A DNA stretch of 64,000 bases from an uncultured Fibrobacteria bacterium (GCA_963716395.1 OY970309.1:576001-640000), one strand, 5' to 3'; shown: positions 17,868 to 28,745, numbered from the stretch's first letter. Numbers and translations are program-made. The notes: a model not told the origin generated them from the sequence alone.

Positions 17868-19010
17868 ATGTTTGAGTTCTTGGAAAAATCGCCTTTCTGG
17901 CAAGGCGTAATTTGCGTCGTGCCCGCGGTTTTATCCTGGATTTACAGCCGCGGCGCGCATGCTCCCATTCATGCCGCCATCGCCTTTATCCTAGGCGTGT
18001 TGCTGGTAGCTTTGCTGCGGCACCAGCGCCGCGAACGGGGCGAATTCGATCTGTCACGGCTCAACCGCCGCCGGCTGGAAGCCAAGGCTTGGTACTTCGA
18101 AGGCATCGTGAGCGGATCGGCAAATATCATCTTCACCACCGACGCCGATCATCGCGTCATGAAATTCAACGAGGGGTCGGCGCGGGCCTTCGGCCAAAGC
18201 CAGACCGACGTTCTGGGTGTCGAAGTGCAAACCCTTTTCGAAGACTCCGACGCCATTCTGAAGCTGTTGCACCAAGTCGAAGATTACGGAGCCGCGGAAT
18301 TGCCCGAGATACGGGCCCGCTGTCCCGCTTGTCCCGACGCCGTTTGGCTGTCGCTGTGGGTCACCCGCATGCGCAACAAAGAGGGAGAAGTCATCGGCGA
18401 AGTGTTCAACGGCGCCGACATCACCGCGCGCAAGTTTCTCGAAGACGAACTCAAGCGCAAGAACGACGAGCTGCTGCATCTCTCCATCACCGACGGGCTC
18501 ACCGGGTTGTACAACATTCGCTATCTGCACGAAGAGATGAAGCGCCTGTGCCGCACCCGCCGCCGCTTTCCCGAACGCGCGCTGTCGGTGGCGCTGTTCG
18601 ATGTCGATCACTTCAAAACCTACAACGATACCCAAGGACACCCGGCGGGCGACCGCCTCCTCATCGAACTGGCGCGCATTCTCAAACAGGCCATCCGCCA
18701 AGGCATGGATTCGGCCTTCCGCATGGGCGGCGACGAGTTCGTTTTGGTACTGCCCGACACCCGTGAAGAAGGCGCCTGCGCCATTTGCGAGCGTATCCTC
18801 CAAGCCTTCCGCAAGGTGAATTTAAACCCCACCGCGCTTTCCGTCGGCATCGCCTCCGACTGCGACGTGCCACCGGCCGACGCGCAATTCGCGGCCCAGC
18901 GGCTGCTGGCGCGCGCCGACAAGGCCATGTATTTCTCCAAACAGAACGGCGGCGATCGCATCAGCAGCGAATCCGCCCCGGCTTTAGCCGCCGCGGCTCC
19001 CAAGAATTAA
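17868..19010 (+). CDS. Membrane-anchored PAS-GGDEF diguanylate cyclase
   Basis: Two N-terminal TM segments, a PAS domain, TDGLTGLYN, DVDHFKTYND, RMGGDEF. Confidence 0.9.
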   Translation: MFEFLEKSPFWQGVICVVPAVLSWIYSRGAHAPIHAAIAFILGVLLVALLRHQRRERGEFDLSRLNRRRLEAKAWYFEGIVSGSANIIFTTDADHRVMKFNEGSARAFGQSQTDVLGVEVQTLFEDSDAILKLLHQVEDYGAAELPEIRARCPACPDAVWLSLWVTRMRNKEGEVIGEVFNGADITARKFLEDELKRKNDELLHLSITDGLTGLYNIRYLHEEMKRLCRTRRRFPERALSVALFDVDHFKTYNDTQGHPAGDRLLIELARILKQAIRQGMDSAFRMGGDEFVLVLPDTREEGACAICERILQAFRKVNLNPTALSVGIASDCDVPPADAQFAAQRLLARADKAMYFSKQNGGDRISSESAPALAAAAPKN

Positions 19011-20035
19011 GACCCGGAAGATCTCGTGGCCTGGGCCGGGTCAGCCGCCGCGGGCCGCCGGGCGGCGTTGGCCTGATAGGCCTGCCAGGTGGTGCGCAAC
19101 AGGGTTTCCACGTCGCTGGAGTGCGCCCGCCAGCCCAATACATCCGCAGCGCGCTGCGAAGAAGCCACCACGGCCGCCGCATCGCCGGGGCGCCGGCCCA
19201 CGATTTCATAGGGAAATTGCCGGCCCGTGATGGCCGCGGCCTGGCGCACCATCTCCAGCACGGTAATGCCGGCGCCGGTTCCCAGGTTCAAGGTGAGATT
19301 TTCCCCGCCGCGGGACAGGTGGTCGAGCGCGGCCACATGGGCCGCCGCCAGATCCGCCACGTGGATATAATCGCGGACGCAGGTCCCGTCGCGCGTGGGA
19401 TAGTCGTTGCCGAATATCTGCAGCTTGGGGCGCCAGCCCATGGCGGTTTCCATCACCACTGGCAGGAGATTGGCGGGATTCTTCTCCAACCCGGTAATCC
19501 CACCGTCGGGGTCATAGCCGGCGGCGTTGAAATACCGCAGCGAGACATGCTTCAAGCCTTTCAAGCGGCCGTACCACTCGAGAAACCCTTCGATGACGAG
19601 CTTGGTGTGGCCGTAGTAATTCTCGGGCCGGGTGGGGTGTTGTTCATCCAGCGGCAGGTATTGCGGCTCGCCGTACACGGCCGCGGTGGAGGAAAACACC
19701 AAGGCCGGAATGCCGGTCGCGAGCACGGCCTCGAGCAGATTCAGGGTGCCGATGATATTGTGACGGCTGTAACGTTCGGGCGCGGTCATACTTTCGCCCG
19801 CCGCTTTGAGCGCCGCCAGATGGATGACCCCGTCGAAGGGAAATTCGCGCGCCGCCGCCTGCAAAGCCGGAAGATCGAGAACGTCGCCCAGACGAAAAAC
19901 CGCCGCGGCGGGCAGGTTCGCACGCGCGCCCGTGGAGAGGTTGTCGAACACCGCCACGGTATGCCCCGCGCGCAATAGGGCTTGGCAAACATGGGAACCG
20001 ATATAGCCGGCTCCGCCCACGACCCAAACGTTCAT
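19007..20035 (-). CDS. galE: UDP-glucose 4-epimerase
   Basis: GGAGYIGSH, FSSTAAVYG, YGHTK, LRYFNAAG, RDGTCVRDYIHV. Confidence 0.93.
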   Translation of the reverse strand: MNVWVVGGAGYIGSHVCQALLRAGHTVAVFDNLSTGARANLPAAAVFRLGDVLDLPALQAAAREFPFDGVIHLAALKAAGESMTAPERYSRHNIIGTLNLLEAVLATGIPALVFSSTAAVYGEPQYLPLDEQHPTRPENYYGHTKLVIEGFLEWYGRLKGLKHVSLRYFNAAGYDPDGGITGLEKNPANLLPVVMETAMGWRPKLQIFGNDYPTRDGTCVRDYIHVADLAAAHVAALDHLSRGGENLTLNLGTGAGITVLEMVRQAAAITGRQFPYEIVGRRPGDAAAVVASSQRAADVLGWRAHSSDVETLLRTTWQAYQANAARRPAAADPAQATRSSGS

Positions 20036-20062
20036 GGTTAATCTCCTCCGCGGAACCGGGCT

Positions 20063-21793
20063 TCAAGATTCTGCCGTTCGGCGCAATACAAATAAAGAAA
20101 TGTCGTCGGTATTGGGACGATGCTCCGAGAACCGATCGCGATCGCGCTGCACTTCACCCAGCAATTCAGGAAGGGGGCGCGGCGCCATGCGGGTCACCAG
20201 GTTTTCCAGACGCTTGCGGCCGTACAGCTCATCGCGCACATTCATGGTTTCGGTGATCCCATCGGTATACATGAACAGCAAATCCCCGGGCTCGATCACC
20301 ACCGTGCTTTCCTCGAAGCGGGTTTCGGGAAACATGCCCAGAAAAAACCCGCTGCGCGCCTCCAACCGTTCCAGGCTTTTATCCCGGCCGCGCAGGATGA
20401 ACGGATAGGGATGGCAGACCCGGCAATAGCGCAGCGTGCCCGAAGGCACGTGCAGAAGGCCGGCAAAGGCGGTGAGATAATGCTCGGTTTTCACGGCCGC
20501 GCAGAGATCCACGTTGACTGCGGCCAATACCTCGCCTACCGAACGGCCGCCGCGCACATGACGGTCAAAGGCCATTTTCGCCATGGCCGTCACCAAGGCC
20601 GCCGGTACCCCGTGACCCGAAACGTCGGTGATGAGCAGAAATAGGTTATCGCCTTCGAGCATGCCCACATGGTAAAAGTCGCCGCTGACCTGGCCCGTGG
20701 GCAGATAGTCGGCGGCCAATTCATAGCCGGGCAAGTCGGGAAAAGTGCGCGGCAGCATGCCTTGCTGCACCTGCTTGGCCATTTCCAGTTCCACTTCGGT
20801 CTCATGGCGCACGCGCATGAGCTCCTGGTTCTGCACCGACAGCTCTTCGGTGCGCTGGCGCACCTTGTCTTCGAGTTCCTGGGCGTTGGCGATGAGCTTG
20901 TGCTCCATTTCCTTGAACTGGCTCACGTCGGTAATGAACCACACCCGACCGATCAGGCGCGATTGCTCGTCGACGATGGGGCGGGTGAAGATCTGATAGC
21001 TGGCCGGTTGCGGCAGCACCATTTCAAAAAGACCCTCGCGTTGCAATTGCGGATCGCGCTGAATGGCGCCGAAAAAGTCGACGAACTCCTGCGGCTGGCG
21101 GAAATGGTATTGCAGCAAATCCGCGGCGATGTAGAACTGCATGCCGATGAATTGCCGCCAGTTGAGCCCGAACATTTTGCCAAAGCGGGCATTGGTGGAG
21201 CGGATGATGCCGCCTTCATCGACCAGGGCGATGCCGTCCTTGGAAGTGCCGACGATGGCCTTGACCCGGCTTTCCCAGATGCGCAGATCGGTGATGTCGG
21301 TCGCAGAAATGATGCGCGTGCCGGCCAGGAGGGAGCTGCGAAAGTGGTAATAGCGCTTTTCGCCGCTTTGAATCTGCACCTCTTTTTCCCATTCGCTCTC
21401 GCGGCCCTCGGGTTCGAGGTAATAATCGATGTCGGCGAAGATGAGGCGCCCCGAAGCGGTCGACGCCCCCAATTCGCGGATGGGTTTGCCCAGGGATTGG
21501 GTGAGGGGCATACCCAGAATTTCCAAGGCGTAATGGTTGATCTTCACCACCCGGTTTTCCCCATCGAGGTGGATGATGCCCGTGCTTTTTTCCACGAAGT
21601 CTTCCTGCTTCGCCGACTCCAGCCGCTCGTTCTGAACCGATTGAAACTCCGATTGCAATTGGGCCACCTGGCGCTTGAGCTCCGGAATTTCCACGTCGTC
21701 TTTGTATTTGAGCAAATGCTGAAGCTGAATATTCTGCTGCTTGAGCTTGGAATATTCCTGCCCGGGGTCGGAAGGGGTGCTGTGTGAGTCCAA
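20063..21793 (-). CDS. PAS-domain SpoIIE/RsbU-type PP2C phosphatase
   Basis: Coiled coil and two PAS-like domains, then VSGDFY, DVSGHGVPAAL, YTDGITE, DDISL. Probable TTG start at 21793 after an AAGGA SD. Confidence 0.85.
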   Translation of the reverse strand: MDSHSTPSDPGQEYSKLKQQNIQLQHLLKYKDDVEIPELKRQVAQLQSEFQSVQNERLESAKQEDFVEKSTGIIHLDGENRVVKINHYALEILGMPLTQSLGKPIRELGASTASGRLIFADIDYYLEPEGRESEWEKEVQIQSGEKRYYHFRSSLLAGTRIISATDITDLRIWESRVKAIVGTSKDGIALVDEGGIIRSTNARFGKMFGLNWRQFIGMQFYIAADLLQYHFRQPQEFVDFFGAIQRDPQLQREGLFEMVLPQPASYQIFTRPIVDEQSRLIGRVWFITDVSQFKEMEHKLIANAQELEDKVRQRTEELSVQNQELMRVRHETEVELEMAKQVQQGMLPRTFPDLPGYELAADYLPTGQVSGDFYHVGMLEGDNLFLLITDVSGHGVPAALVTAMAKMAFDRHVRGGRSVGEVLAAVNVDLCAAVKTEHYLTAFAGLLHVPSGTLRYCRVCHPYPFILRGRDKSLERLEARSGFFLGMFPETRFEESTVVIEPGDLLFMYTDGITETMNVRDELYGRKRLENLVTRMAPRPLPELLGEVQRDRDRFSEHRPNTDDISLFVLRRTAES

Positions 21794-22045
21794 CCGTTTT
21801 TTCCTTACGGCACGGTCGCAGACGCCCCGGACCCGAAAGAGGAAAACGGACCTCTCAGCCCTGGGGACATGCGCTGCAAGTATACTCGGTCCGCCGGCAT
21901 TTTCACACGCTTTTCCTCTTCCGTCCCCAGGAACTATACCCGCGGCTCTTCCCACGGCTCTTAGCACCGGATCCCACGCCCGGCTTGTCCATAAGTCGAC
22001 GTGACATGTATCTTATTTATCCCCACCGACAGGCAAGGAATATCC

Positions 22046-22609
22046 ATGCGCACTTCTCTGATTTTAGCCGCGTTTTATGTTGCCGCCAACGTCATGGCCG
22101 TTCGTGCCCAAGATCGGGGTCCGGTTCAGGGGCCGGTTGCGCCTCCCCCTCCGCCCACTTTTGAGTTGGACAAGTCCGGAAAACGCGCGCATATCGATTT
22201 CAGCCTGAAAGTCAAGCCCATCAGCGAAGCGAATCTCGATTTGTCGCAATTCGCCAACCGCAATCTGCTGGTATTCTACTTCTCGGCGGAATGCCCCCAT
22301 TGCCAGCATGCCGCGCCCTATGTGCAAAAGCTGGCCGACGATTTGTCGGCTAAGGGCTTCGTAAGCATCGCCATCGCCATCAAATTCAACCCGGAAGAAT
22401 CCATCCGCAACTTCATCCGCGACTACAACATCCGCATGCCGGTATTCCAAGACGATGAGCGGGTGTTCGGTGAAAACTACGGTGTCGGCACCATTCCCCT
22501 GCTGATCCTGGTGGACTCCAAAGGTGAATACGTACGCTACAAAACCTTCGATCCCGACGAAACCCCCAAAATGATTCTGGACGAAGCCAATCTCTTCGTC
22601 AAGAAATAG
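22046..22609 (+). CDS. Exported TlpA/redoxin-family thiol-disulfide oxidoreductase
   Basis: Signal peptide, FSAECPHC, YGVGTIP. Confidence 0.8.
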   Translation: MRTSLILAAFYVAANVMAVRAQDRGPVQGPVAPPPPPTFELDKSGKRAHIDFSLKVKPISEANLDLSQFANRNLLVFYFSAECPHCQHAAPYVQKLADDLSAKGFVSIAIAIKFNPEESIRNFIRDYNIRMPVFQDDERVFGENYGVGTIPLLILVDSKGEYVRYKTFDPDETPKMILDEANLFVKK

Positions 22610-22679
22610 CCCCGCGATCGCCCTGCTTCCTGGAGCCGGTGCTCCCTCGGAGGTCCCCAGCCCCGAATCGACGCGCCGG

Positions 22680-23663
22680 GTGGTTGCGGTCTTTTCCCAC
22701 CGCGTGCCGCCCGGCCAGAACGGAGCGCGATTGGCGGAATACCTGAGCGCACGGTTCCCCTACCATACCTTACCGGAATGGCTTGGTCGCATCGGCGACG
22801 GACACGTCCGCGTCGAAGGCCGACCCGCCACCCCCGAAACCCTACTCGCCGTGGGCGCGCGCGTCGAATATGCGCTGGAGGATTACGAAGAACCGGCGGT
22901 GCCGCTGGATTTTCACGACGTCGTCCGCGCTGAGTGCGTGGCCCTGTTGCACAAACCCGCGGGATTGCCCGTGCATAAAACCGGCAAGGTGTTCGTGCAC
23001 ACTTTGGCGAACTTGCATGGGTTGCGGCATGGCCGCGAGTGGTCGCCCCTGCACCGCCTGGACGTCGAAACCAGCGGTCTGGTGGCGTTCGCCCGTGGAC
23101 GCGAAGCCTTGCGCCGCCTGGCTCCCACCCGGCCCGGAACGCATTGGCGCAAGCTGTATGTGGCCGGCGTGCGCGGCGAACCCGAAGCGCAAGGCCGCCT
23201 CGAATTTCCCCTGGCGGAAAACCCCGCCGACCCCATCCGCAGCAAAATGCATCCGCATCCCGCCGGCAAACCCGCCTGCACCTTGTACCGCCGTCTGAGC
23301 CTGAGCCCCTCCGGCGCCTTGCTGCTGCTGCGCCCCCTCACCGGCCGCAAGCACCAAATCCGCGCCCATTGCGCGGCCGGGGGATTTCCCGTGCGGGGCG
23401 ACAAAATTTACGGATGCGACGGCCGGTTTTATCTGAAACGCATGTCCACGCCGCTCACCTCCGCCGATTTGGAAGCACTAGGCGCGCCCCATCACCTGCT
23501 GCATGCCCTGCATCTCGACATTCGGGATGAAAACGGGATGGGTATCACGGGAACCGATTTCGAAGTGCCGGCGGCTTTTCTCCGCGCCTTTCCGGAATGG
23601 CCCGATCTGGCCCCATCCCTGCCGGAAAGCCTGGCCTGGCGAGAGCTTTTGGACGCGGAATGA
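22680..23663 (+). CDS. RluA-family RNA pseudouridine synthase
   Basis: HKPAGLPVH, LHRLDVETSG, LTGRKHQIRAH, GDKIYG, LHA. Confidence 0.9.
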   Translation: MVAVFSHRVPPGQNGARLAEYLSARFPYHTLPEWLGRIGDGHVRVEGRPATPETLLAVGARVEYALEDYEEPAVPLDFHDVVRAECVALLHKPAGLPVHKTGKVFVHTLANLHGLRHGREWSPLHRLDVETSGLVAFARGREALRRLAPTRPGTHWRKLYVAGVRGEPEAQGRLEFPLAENPADPIRSKMHPHPAGKPACTLYRRLSLSPSGALLLLRPLTGRKHQIRAHCAAGGFPVRGDKIYGCDGRFYLKRMSTPLTSADLEALGAPHHLLHALHLDIRDENGMGITGTDFEVPAAFLRAFPEWPDLAPSLPESLAWRELLDAE

Positions 23664-23704
23664 GTCGCGCAGCCGCGGACCTCCGCCGCGCACATCGATT
23701 GGGT

Positions 23705-24817
23705 TCAGGGATCGCCGCGGACATGGGCCAGCGCATGGCGTTTGCGATCCCAGGGCCGGACGCCGAAGCGGTAAATGGGAACGGCCAGCGCTACGGAGAT
23801 CACGGCTGTGACGACGCCCAGGTATTTCGCGTCAACGGAGAAATGGCGAAAGGCCTGCACCAAGTTGTCGAGCACCGCCAGATGCACAAGGTAAACGGGA
23901 AAGGAGAGTTCGCCCAAGAAGCGGTCGGCGCGACTTTTTCCAAACAGCCAAAACAAAACCGCCAGGGCCGACGGCCAAAGCGCATAGCTGAGGTACAGCG
24001 CAGGATGCACGCCCAGCCACCGCCCCAGGAATCGGGTGGCGGCGGCCTGGGCCACCAGCGCCAGTAACACGCAAGTCATGGCGGCGGCGGAGCCGAGGCG
24101 ACTCCATGCGGGCGCATGACGCTCCGCCAGCGCGCGGACATAAAAGCGGTAGCCCAGCATGCCCAGCACGAACAAGCCCAATTCGAACGGGAAGAATTGA
24201 TAGGCCCAGGGGTCGAAACGCAGCCCCGCGCGAAAGGCAGCGAAGCGGGCCGCGAAGGTCGCGAGCACCAGCAGCAGCAACCAGCGGCTTTTCAGGCGGT
24301 TCAACCAGGGGGCCAGCAGGTAAAAAGTCAGCTCCAGCCCGACCGACCAACATTGGGGAAAGACTTCGTAAACGAAAAGCGGGGTCCGGCCCAGATTGGC
24401 ATGTACCGCAAAGCGCAGCGATTGGCCGACGTCGTGCTGCAAAAACAAAACCCAATCCTGCCCGAAAAGGGTGAGGTTGGAGATCGCCGCCATCCAAAAA
24501 CCCGCCCCGCCGTTTTGATCGAAAGGGTGATAGCGGAAGGGCGCCAATTCCAACCAACGATGAAAATGCAGTCCGGCCGCCGCGCACCAAAGCGCGACGC
24601 CGATTAAAACCGCCCAATACACCGGATAGATGCGCAAAAAGCGGCTGAGATAGAACTGCCGTCGCGAAGCGTAGCGCGTGGAGAGTACCAGCGCCATGTA
24701 GAATCCGGAAATGAGAAAAAAAATTTGCACGGCCTGACGGGCGTCGTGCACCGGCAGATTCCATTGCGCATGAGCGGCAAGTACGGCCAGTGCCAGATAA
24801 AGTCGGACGATTCCCAT
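23705..24817 (-). CDS. Acyltransferase family 3 (OafA-like membrane O-acyltransferase)
   Basis: FFLISGF, RFLRIYP, WSVGLELTFY, GELSFPVYLVH. Confidence 0.85.
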   Translation of the reverse strand: MGIVRLYLALAVLAAHAQWNLPVHDARQAVQIFFLISGFYMALVLSTRYASRRQFYLSRFLRIYPVYWAVLIGVALWCAAAGLHFHRWLELAPFRYHPFDQNGGAGFWMAAISNLTLFGQDWVLFLQHDVGQSLRFAVHANLGRTPLFVYEVFPQCWSVGLELTFYLLAPWLNRLKSRWLLLLVLATFAARFAAFRAGLRFDPWAYQFFPFELGLFVLGMLGYRFYVRALAERHAPAWSRLGSAAAMTCVLLALVAQAAATRFLGRWLGVHPALYLSYALWPSALAVLFWLFGKSRADRFLGELSFPVYLVHLAVLDNLVQAFRHFSVDAKYLGVVTAVISVALAVPIYRFGVRPWDRKRHALAHVRGDP

Positions 24818-24938
24818 GCTCGGGTCGGCCGGAACCCGGCCCTCTCAGCGAGTCGGGTCGGGCCCGGCCGGCTCCGCCGCCATTATATCACGGTTGCCCG
24901 CGCGCAATAATATCTTGATGACAAAAGCGAGGTGAATT

Positions 24939-25574
24939 ATGCCCGGGATGCTTGCGAACCTACATGTTGTCATCACCGGCGCCCACGGTGGATTGGGCCC
25001 GGCCGTGGCCGACGCACTGCGGCAGGCCGGCGCGATTTGCCATACTCCCGCGCGACAAGAAGTCGATCTGACCGACGAAGCGGCCGTCGCGCGCTATTAC
25101 GCGGGGCTGCCGGCGCTGTGGGCCTCGGTACACGTGGCCGGCGGATTCAGCATGGCCCCGGTGCAGGATACGTCGCTGGCCGCGTTTGCGGCGCAATGGA
25201 ATGTAAATACCGTCACGGCTTTTATCGCCTGTCGCGAAGCCGTGCGGCAGATGCGGCAATCCGGAGAAAAAGGCGGCCGCATCGTCAACGTGGCCGCGCG
25301 CGCGGCCGTGGAACACCCCGGCGGTAAAATCGCTTATGTGACCGCCAAGGCAGGGGTGGCGGCCCTGACACAAGCCTTGGCCGACGAAGTGCGCGGCGAC
25401 GGCATTTGGGTCAATGCCGTACTGCCCGATACCATCGATACGCCCGCCAACCGCGCCGCCATGCCCGGAGCCGATTTTTCCCGGTGGACAGCACCGTCGG
25501 CCATCGCGCGCACCATCGCCTGGCTGGCCTCGCCGGAAAATGCCGGCACCACGGGAGCCTTGCTGCCGGTGTAA
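24939..25574 (+). CDS. Short-chain dehydrogenase/reductase
   Basis: ITGAHGGLG, YVTAK, VNAVLPDTIDTPANR. Confidence 0.88.
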   Translation: MPGMLANLHVVITGAHGGLGPAVADALRQAGAICHTPARQEVDLTDEAAVARYYAGLPALWASVHVAGGFSMAPVQDTSLAAFAAQWNVNTVTAFIACREAVRQMRQSGEKGGRIVNVAARAAVEHPGGKIAYVTAKAGVAALTQALADEVRGDGIWVNAVLPDTIDTPANRAAMPGADFSRWTAPSAIARTIAWLASPENAGTTGALLPV

Positions 25575-25612
25575 TCGCGCGGAAAGCGAAGCGGAAACCG
25601 GTCCGGCTTGAT

Positions 25613-25945
25613 TTACGCCGGATCCGTCGAACTTGGCCCCAGCCACGCACGCACTTGCGCTTCCAGGGCGGGAATATCGGCTTCGCCCACGCCTTGAAAC
25701 CAGACCCCACGCGGATAGCACATGATGTTCGGGCCTTGGGCGCAAGGTCCCAAACAACCCGTACGGGTGACGCGCACCGGCAGGCGCGCCGCCTTGAAGC
25801 GCGCCTTCAATTCCTCGAAGACGCGCTGGGCCTCTCCCGAATCGCCGCATGAAGGGGTGCCGTCGTGGCGGGCATTGGTGCACACCAGCACGTGCAGGGG
25901 ATGTGGAGTGGGTTCGATGCGCATGCGGGAACGTCCGAAGCCCAT
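25613..25945 (-). CDS. Thioredoxin-like (2Fe-2S) ferredoxin
   Basis: HVLVCTN..PSCG..TGCLGPCAQGPN..YP..VW. Confidence 0.85.
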   Translation of the reverse strand: MGFGRSRMRIEPTPHPLHVLVCTNARHDGTPSCGDSGEAQRVFEELKARFKAARLPVRVTRTGCLGPCAQGPNIMCYPRGVWFQGVGEADIPALEAQVRAWLGPSSTDPA

Positions 25946-26091
25946 AAACTAGATTACCGGCTCGTGCCCCGGGCGGCTGCCTTCGCCGCCGGCGGCGGCA
26001 ACCTGCCGGGGGAAAACATCCAATGCCCACTGTAGCGTTCAGGTTACGAATTCCGCCGGCGACCAGCCCCGCCTAGATCTTTGGAAATCCG

Positions 26092-26823
26092 GTGTCGCGC
26101 CGCGCGTTTTTCATTTCCGACCTGCATTTGGGGGCGCGCTACCCCAAGTCGCATCCGCACCGCGCCGAACTCTTCGAAACCTTTTTGCGCGCCCGCGCCG
26201 ACGACGCCGAGCAGGTCTTCATTCTCGGCGATTTGTTCGAGTTCTGGATGGAATACCACCACTACATACCCAAGCACCACTTCGGCGTGCTGGCCGCCCT
26301 GCGCGATCTCACGGGCCGTGGTATTCCGGTGCATTACCTCGCCGGCAACCACGACTTCGACTTGGGCGCCTTTTTCCGCGAACAGTTGGGCGTCGCCACC
26401 CATGCCGATGCATTGGCCGTCGAAGTCCAGGGCCGCCGGCTGCTGCTGCTGCACGGCGACGGCATGGATGCGGGGGATGGGGCCTATCGTTTGGTCAAGC
26501 GGGTGATCCGCAGCCCTCTGGCCGGCCGCCTGTTCCGCGCGTTGCACCCCGATCTCGGCATGGCCCTGGCGCTGGCGGTCGGCAAACTCTCGCGCGACCG
26601 GCACGGCAATGTTCCGCGCCACCTGGCGCGTTACGAAAACGCGGCGCGCGCCCTGTTGCGCCAGGGAAACGACATCGTGATGCACGGACACGTGCATGCG
26701 GGCTTCGTGAAACATCTGCCCGAAGGGATTTACGTCAACACCGGGGAGTGGCTGGAGCGCCTGCAATACGTGGAGATGGCCGACGGGGAGTGCGCGCTGA
26801 AAACCTACACACCGCCCTCATGA
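26092..26823 (+). CDS. lpxH: UDP-2,3-diacylglucosamine hydrolase
   Basis: FISDLHL, LGDLFEFW, GNHD, LHGD, HGHVH, NTGEW. Confidence 0.85.
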   Translation: MSRRAFFISDLHLGARYPKSHPHRAELFETFLRARADDAEQVFILGDLFEFWMEYHHYIPKHHFGVLAALRDLTGRGIPVHYLAGNHDFDLGAFFREQLGVATHADALAVEVQGRRLLLLHGDGMDAGDGAYRLVKRVIRSPLAGRLFRALHPDLGMALALAVGKLSRDRHGNVPRHLARYENAARALLRQGNDIVMHGHVHAGFVKHLPEGIYVNTGEWLERLQYVEMADGECALKTYTPPS

Positions 26824-26863
26824 ACGGCCCGACTCTGGCGTTATCCGCCGCTGCGGCCGGTAG

Positions 26864-27748
26864 TCACAGGCCCGCGAGTTCGCGGCGGATGGCTTCGAGG
26901 CGTTCGTAGTCTTCGTTTTGCAGGGCTTCGACCTTGGACACCAAAAGTTCGAGTCGGCGCAGGGCCGCTGCATCGAATTTACTCGTGCTTTCGATCACCT
27001 TGAGAATGGCGGCGGCGTCGTTGGGAAACCCGAAATCCTGCATGAACCCTTCGAATTCGGTGACCGCGTGGGCATGCTCCGACGATTGGCCGCGGGTGTA
27101 AATCATACGCGGAATCAATACCTTGAGCAGATGCTCTTTCCAATCTTCGGCGTGGGCGGGGGCCGCGGTCGCGCCGGGCTTGGCCGGGCTTTCGATGTTG
27201 AGCAGCAGTTCGGAAATCTCTTTTTCCATCTCGCGATGTTCCTGCTCGCGGTAATACGCCTGGTACAGAATGGGGAATGAGTTCACGCACAGATGGGCGT
27301 GGCTCAGCACCTTGAACGCGCCCAGACAATAAATGTCGGCATCCTGCTCCAGCATTTCCTCTTCGGAAGAAAAGAACGCCACCTTGGCGGGAATGGGAAT
27401 GAAGTCGGCATTCTTCATCGACTCAAGCCTTTCTTTCACGGCTTCGGGGTCGAGCGCGCCCTCCAACCCTCCGGTTTCGCGCGCCTGTTCGATCACCTCC
27501 TGGATTCCCTTTTCCAAGGAGATGCCGAATTCCTTCTTGAAAAAATCGCGGATGTTGCGCTGATCCACATAATTGGCCTGCACGGCCAGAATGCCGTTGC
27601 GCACCAAAGCTTCCAGCGATCCGGAGGCTTCATCCGGCTCTTTGTTGGCTTCGTCGCGGCCTTCGATGCGCACGTAGACCACCAGTTTGCCCCGCAACCG
27701 GCCGGGGTCGCCCTTTTTCAAATCGATGTGAAAGCCCGAAAAACCCAT
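26864..27748 (-). CDS. Hypothetical cytoplasmic protein with C-terminal UVR-like helical hairpin
   Basis: Long ORF with normal codon usage. It ends KVEALQNEDYERLEAIRREL. Confidence 0.7.
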   Translation of the reverse strand: MGFSGFHIDLKKGDPGRLRGKLVVYVRIEGRDEANKEPDEASGSLEALVRNGILAVQANYVDQRNIRDFFKKEFGISLEKGIQEVIEQARETGGLEGALDPEAVKERLESMKNADFIPIPAKVAFFSSEEEMLEQDADIYCLGAFKVLSHAHLCVNSFPILYQAYYREQEHREMEKEISELLLNIESPAKPGATAAPAHAEDWKEHLLKVLIPRMIYTRGQSSEHAHAVTEFEGFMQDFGFPNDAAAILKVIESTSKFDAAALRRLELLVSKVEALQNEDYERLEAIRRELAGL

Positions 27749-27823
27749 ACCCGGCGACCAAGGTAGAAGATTCGCAAGGCCGAAGCAGGCGAGCGAATGT
27801 GATTCCACGGGCCCGGCGGGGCG

Positions 27824-28684
27824 TCAAATTTCGAGGACGATTTTGAACTTGTCGATGTCTTCGAGGGCTTCGGCACGCAGTTGGGCCAATTCCTCCTCGG
27901 AAAAGCCCAATTGCTCCACGATGCCTGCGTCGAGCTTCGGCGGACATTCGATGCCGGGGGTGCCGAAATCGATTTGGTAGCACAAGACGTCGGCCATGTG
28001 CACCAGGGCGGTGACGTCAGCCGCCTGCGGCGCTTCGCTGGGACGGTGGTGGTAGATGATGGGGATGCGAATCTCGTGGGGCAACTCCCAACGCGCGGTC
28101 AGCCATTCGCCGGCGTCGGTATGGCTGAATCCCAAAACCTGGGTTTCGGCGTCGCCCAGGGAAATTTTTTCGGATCCCGCCCGCTTGAAGGCTTGGGCGA
28201 ATTCCTCGTGAAAATATTGATCGAGCACCACCCGGCCGATGTCGTGGATGAGCCCGGCACAAAAGCATTCCTCGGGATCGAACAAAGTGACGCGGCGCAT
28301 GCGCTGCGCCAGCAATTTGGTCAGCACCGCGCAGGCCAGGCAGTGGGCCCAGAACCGCTTTCGGTTCAGCGCCTCTTCACGGCCGTCACCCGGGAACATT
28401 TTGACCACGGTGATGCTGAACACCATGGTGTTGATCACTTTGAGTCCGAGAATAACCACGGCGTTGTGCACCGTGGTCACCGTGCGGGGGATGCCGTAAA
28501 AAGCCGAGTTGGCCAAGCGCAGCACCTTGGAGGTCAAGCTGGGATCGCGGGCGATGAGATTGGCGACATCGGCTGCTGTGGTGATGGGATCGTTGATGAT
28601 GCGCATCAGGCGATTGGCGACTTCGGGAAGGGTCGGCAGGTTTTCGATCTGCTCGATTCTTTTGCGCGGAACGTTCTTGGTCAT
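27824..28684 (-). CDS. HDOD domain protein
   Basis: LPTLPEV, DPSLTSKVLRLANSAFYG, FWAH, GLIHDIG, LGFSH..G..L..RW.LP. Confidence 0.9.
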   Translation of the reverse strand: MTKNVPRKRIEQIENLPTLPEVANRLMRIINDPITTAADVANLIARDPSLTSKVLRLANSAFYGIPRTVTTVHNAVVILGLKVINTMVFSITVVKMFPGDGREEALNRKRFWAHCLACAVLTKLLAQRMRRVTLFDPEECFCAGLIHDIGRVVLDQYFHEEFAQAFKRAGSEKISLGDAETQVLGFSHTDAGEWLTARWELPHEIRIPIIYHHRPSEAPQAADVTALVHMADVLCYQIDFGTPGIECPPKLDAGIVEQLGFSEEELAQLRAEALEDIDKFKIVLEI

Positions 28685-28745
28685 GTAATCCAGGAGGCGG
28701 AAGGGTGCCGATGGACATCCATCGGGACGGCTTAGTGTATAACAA

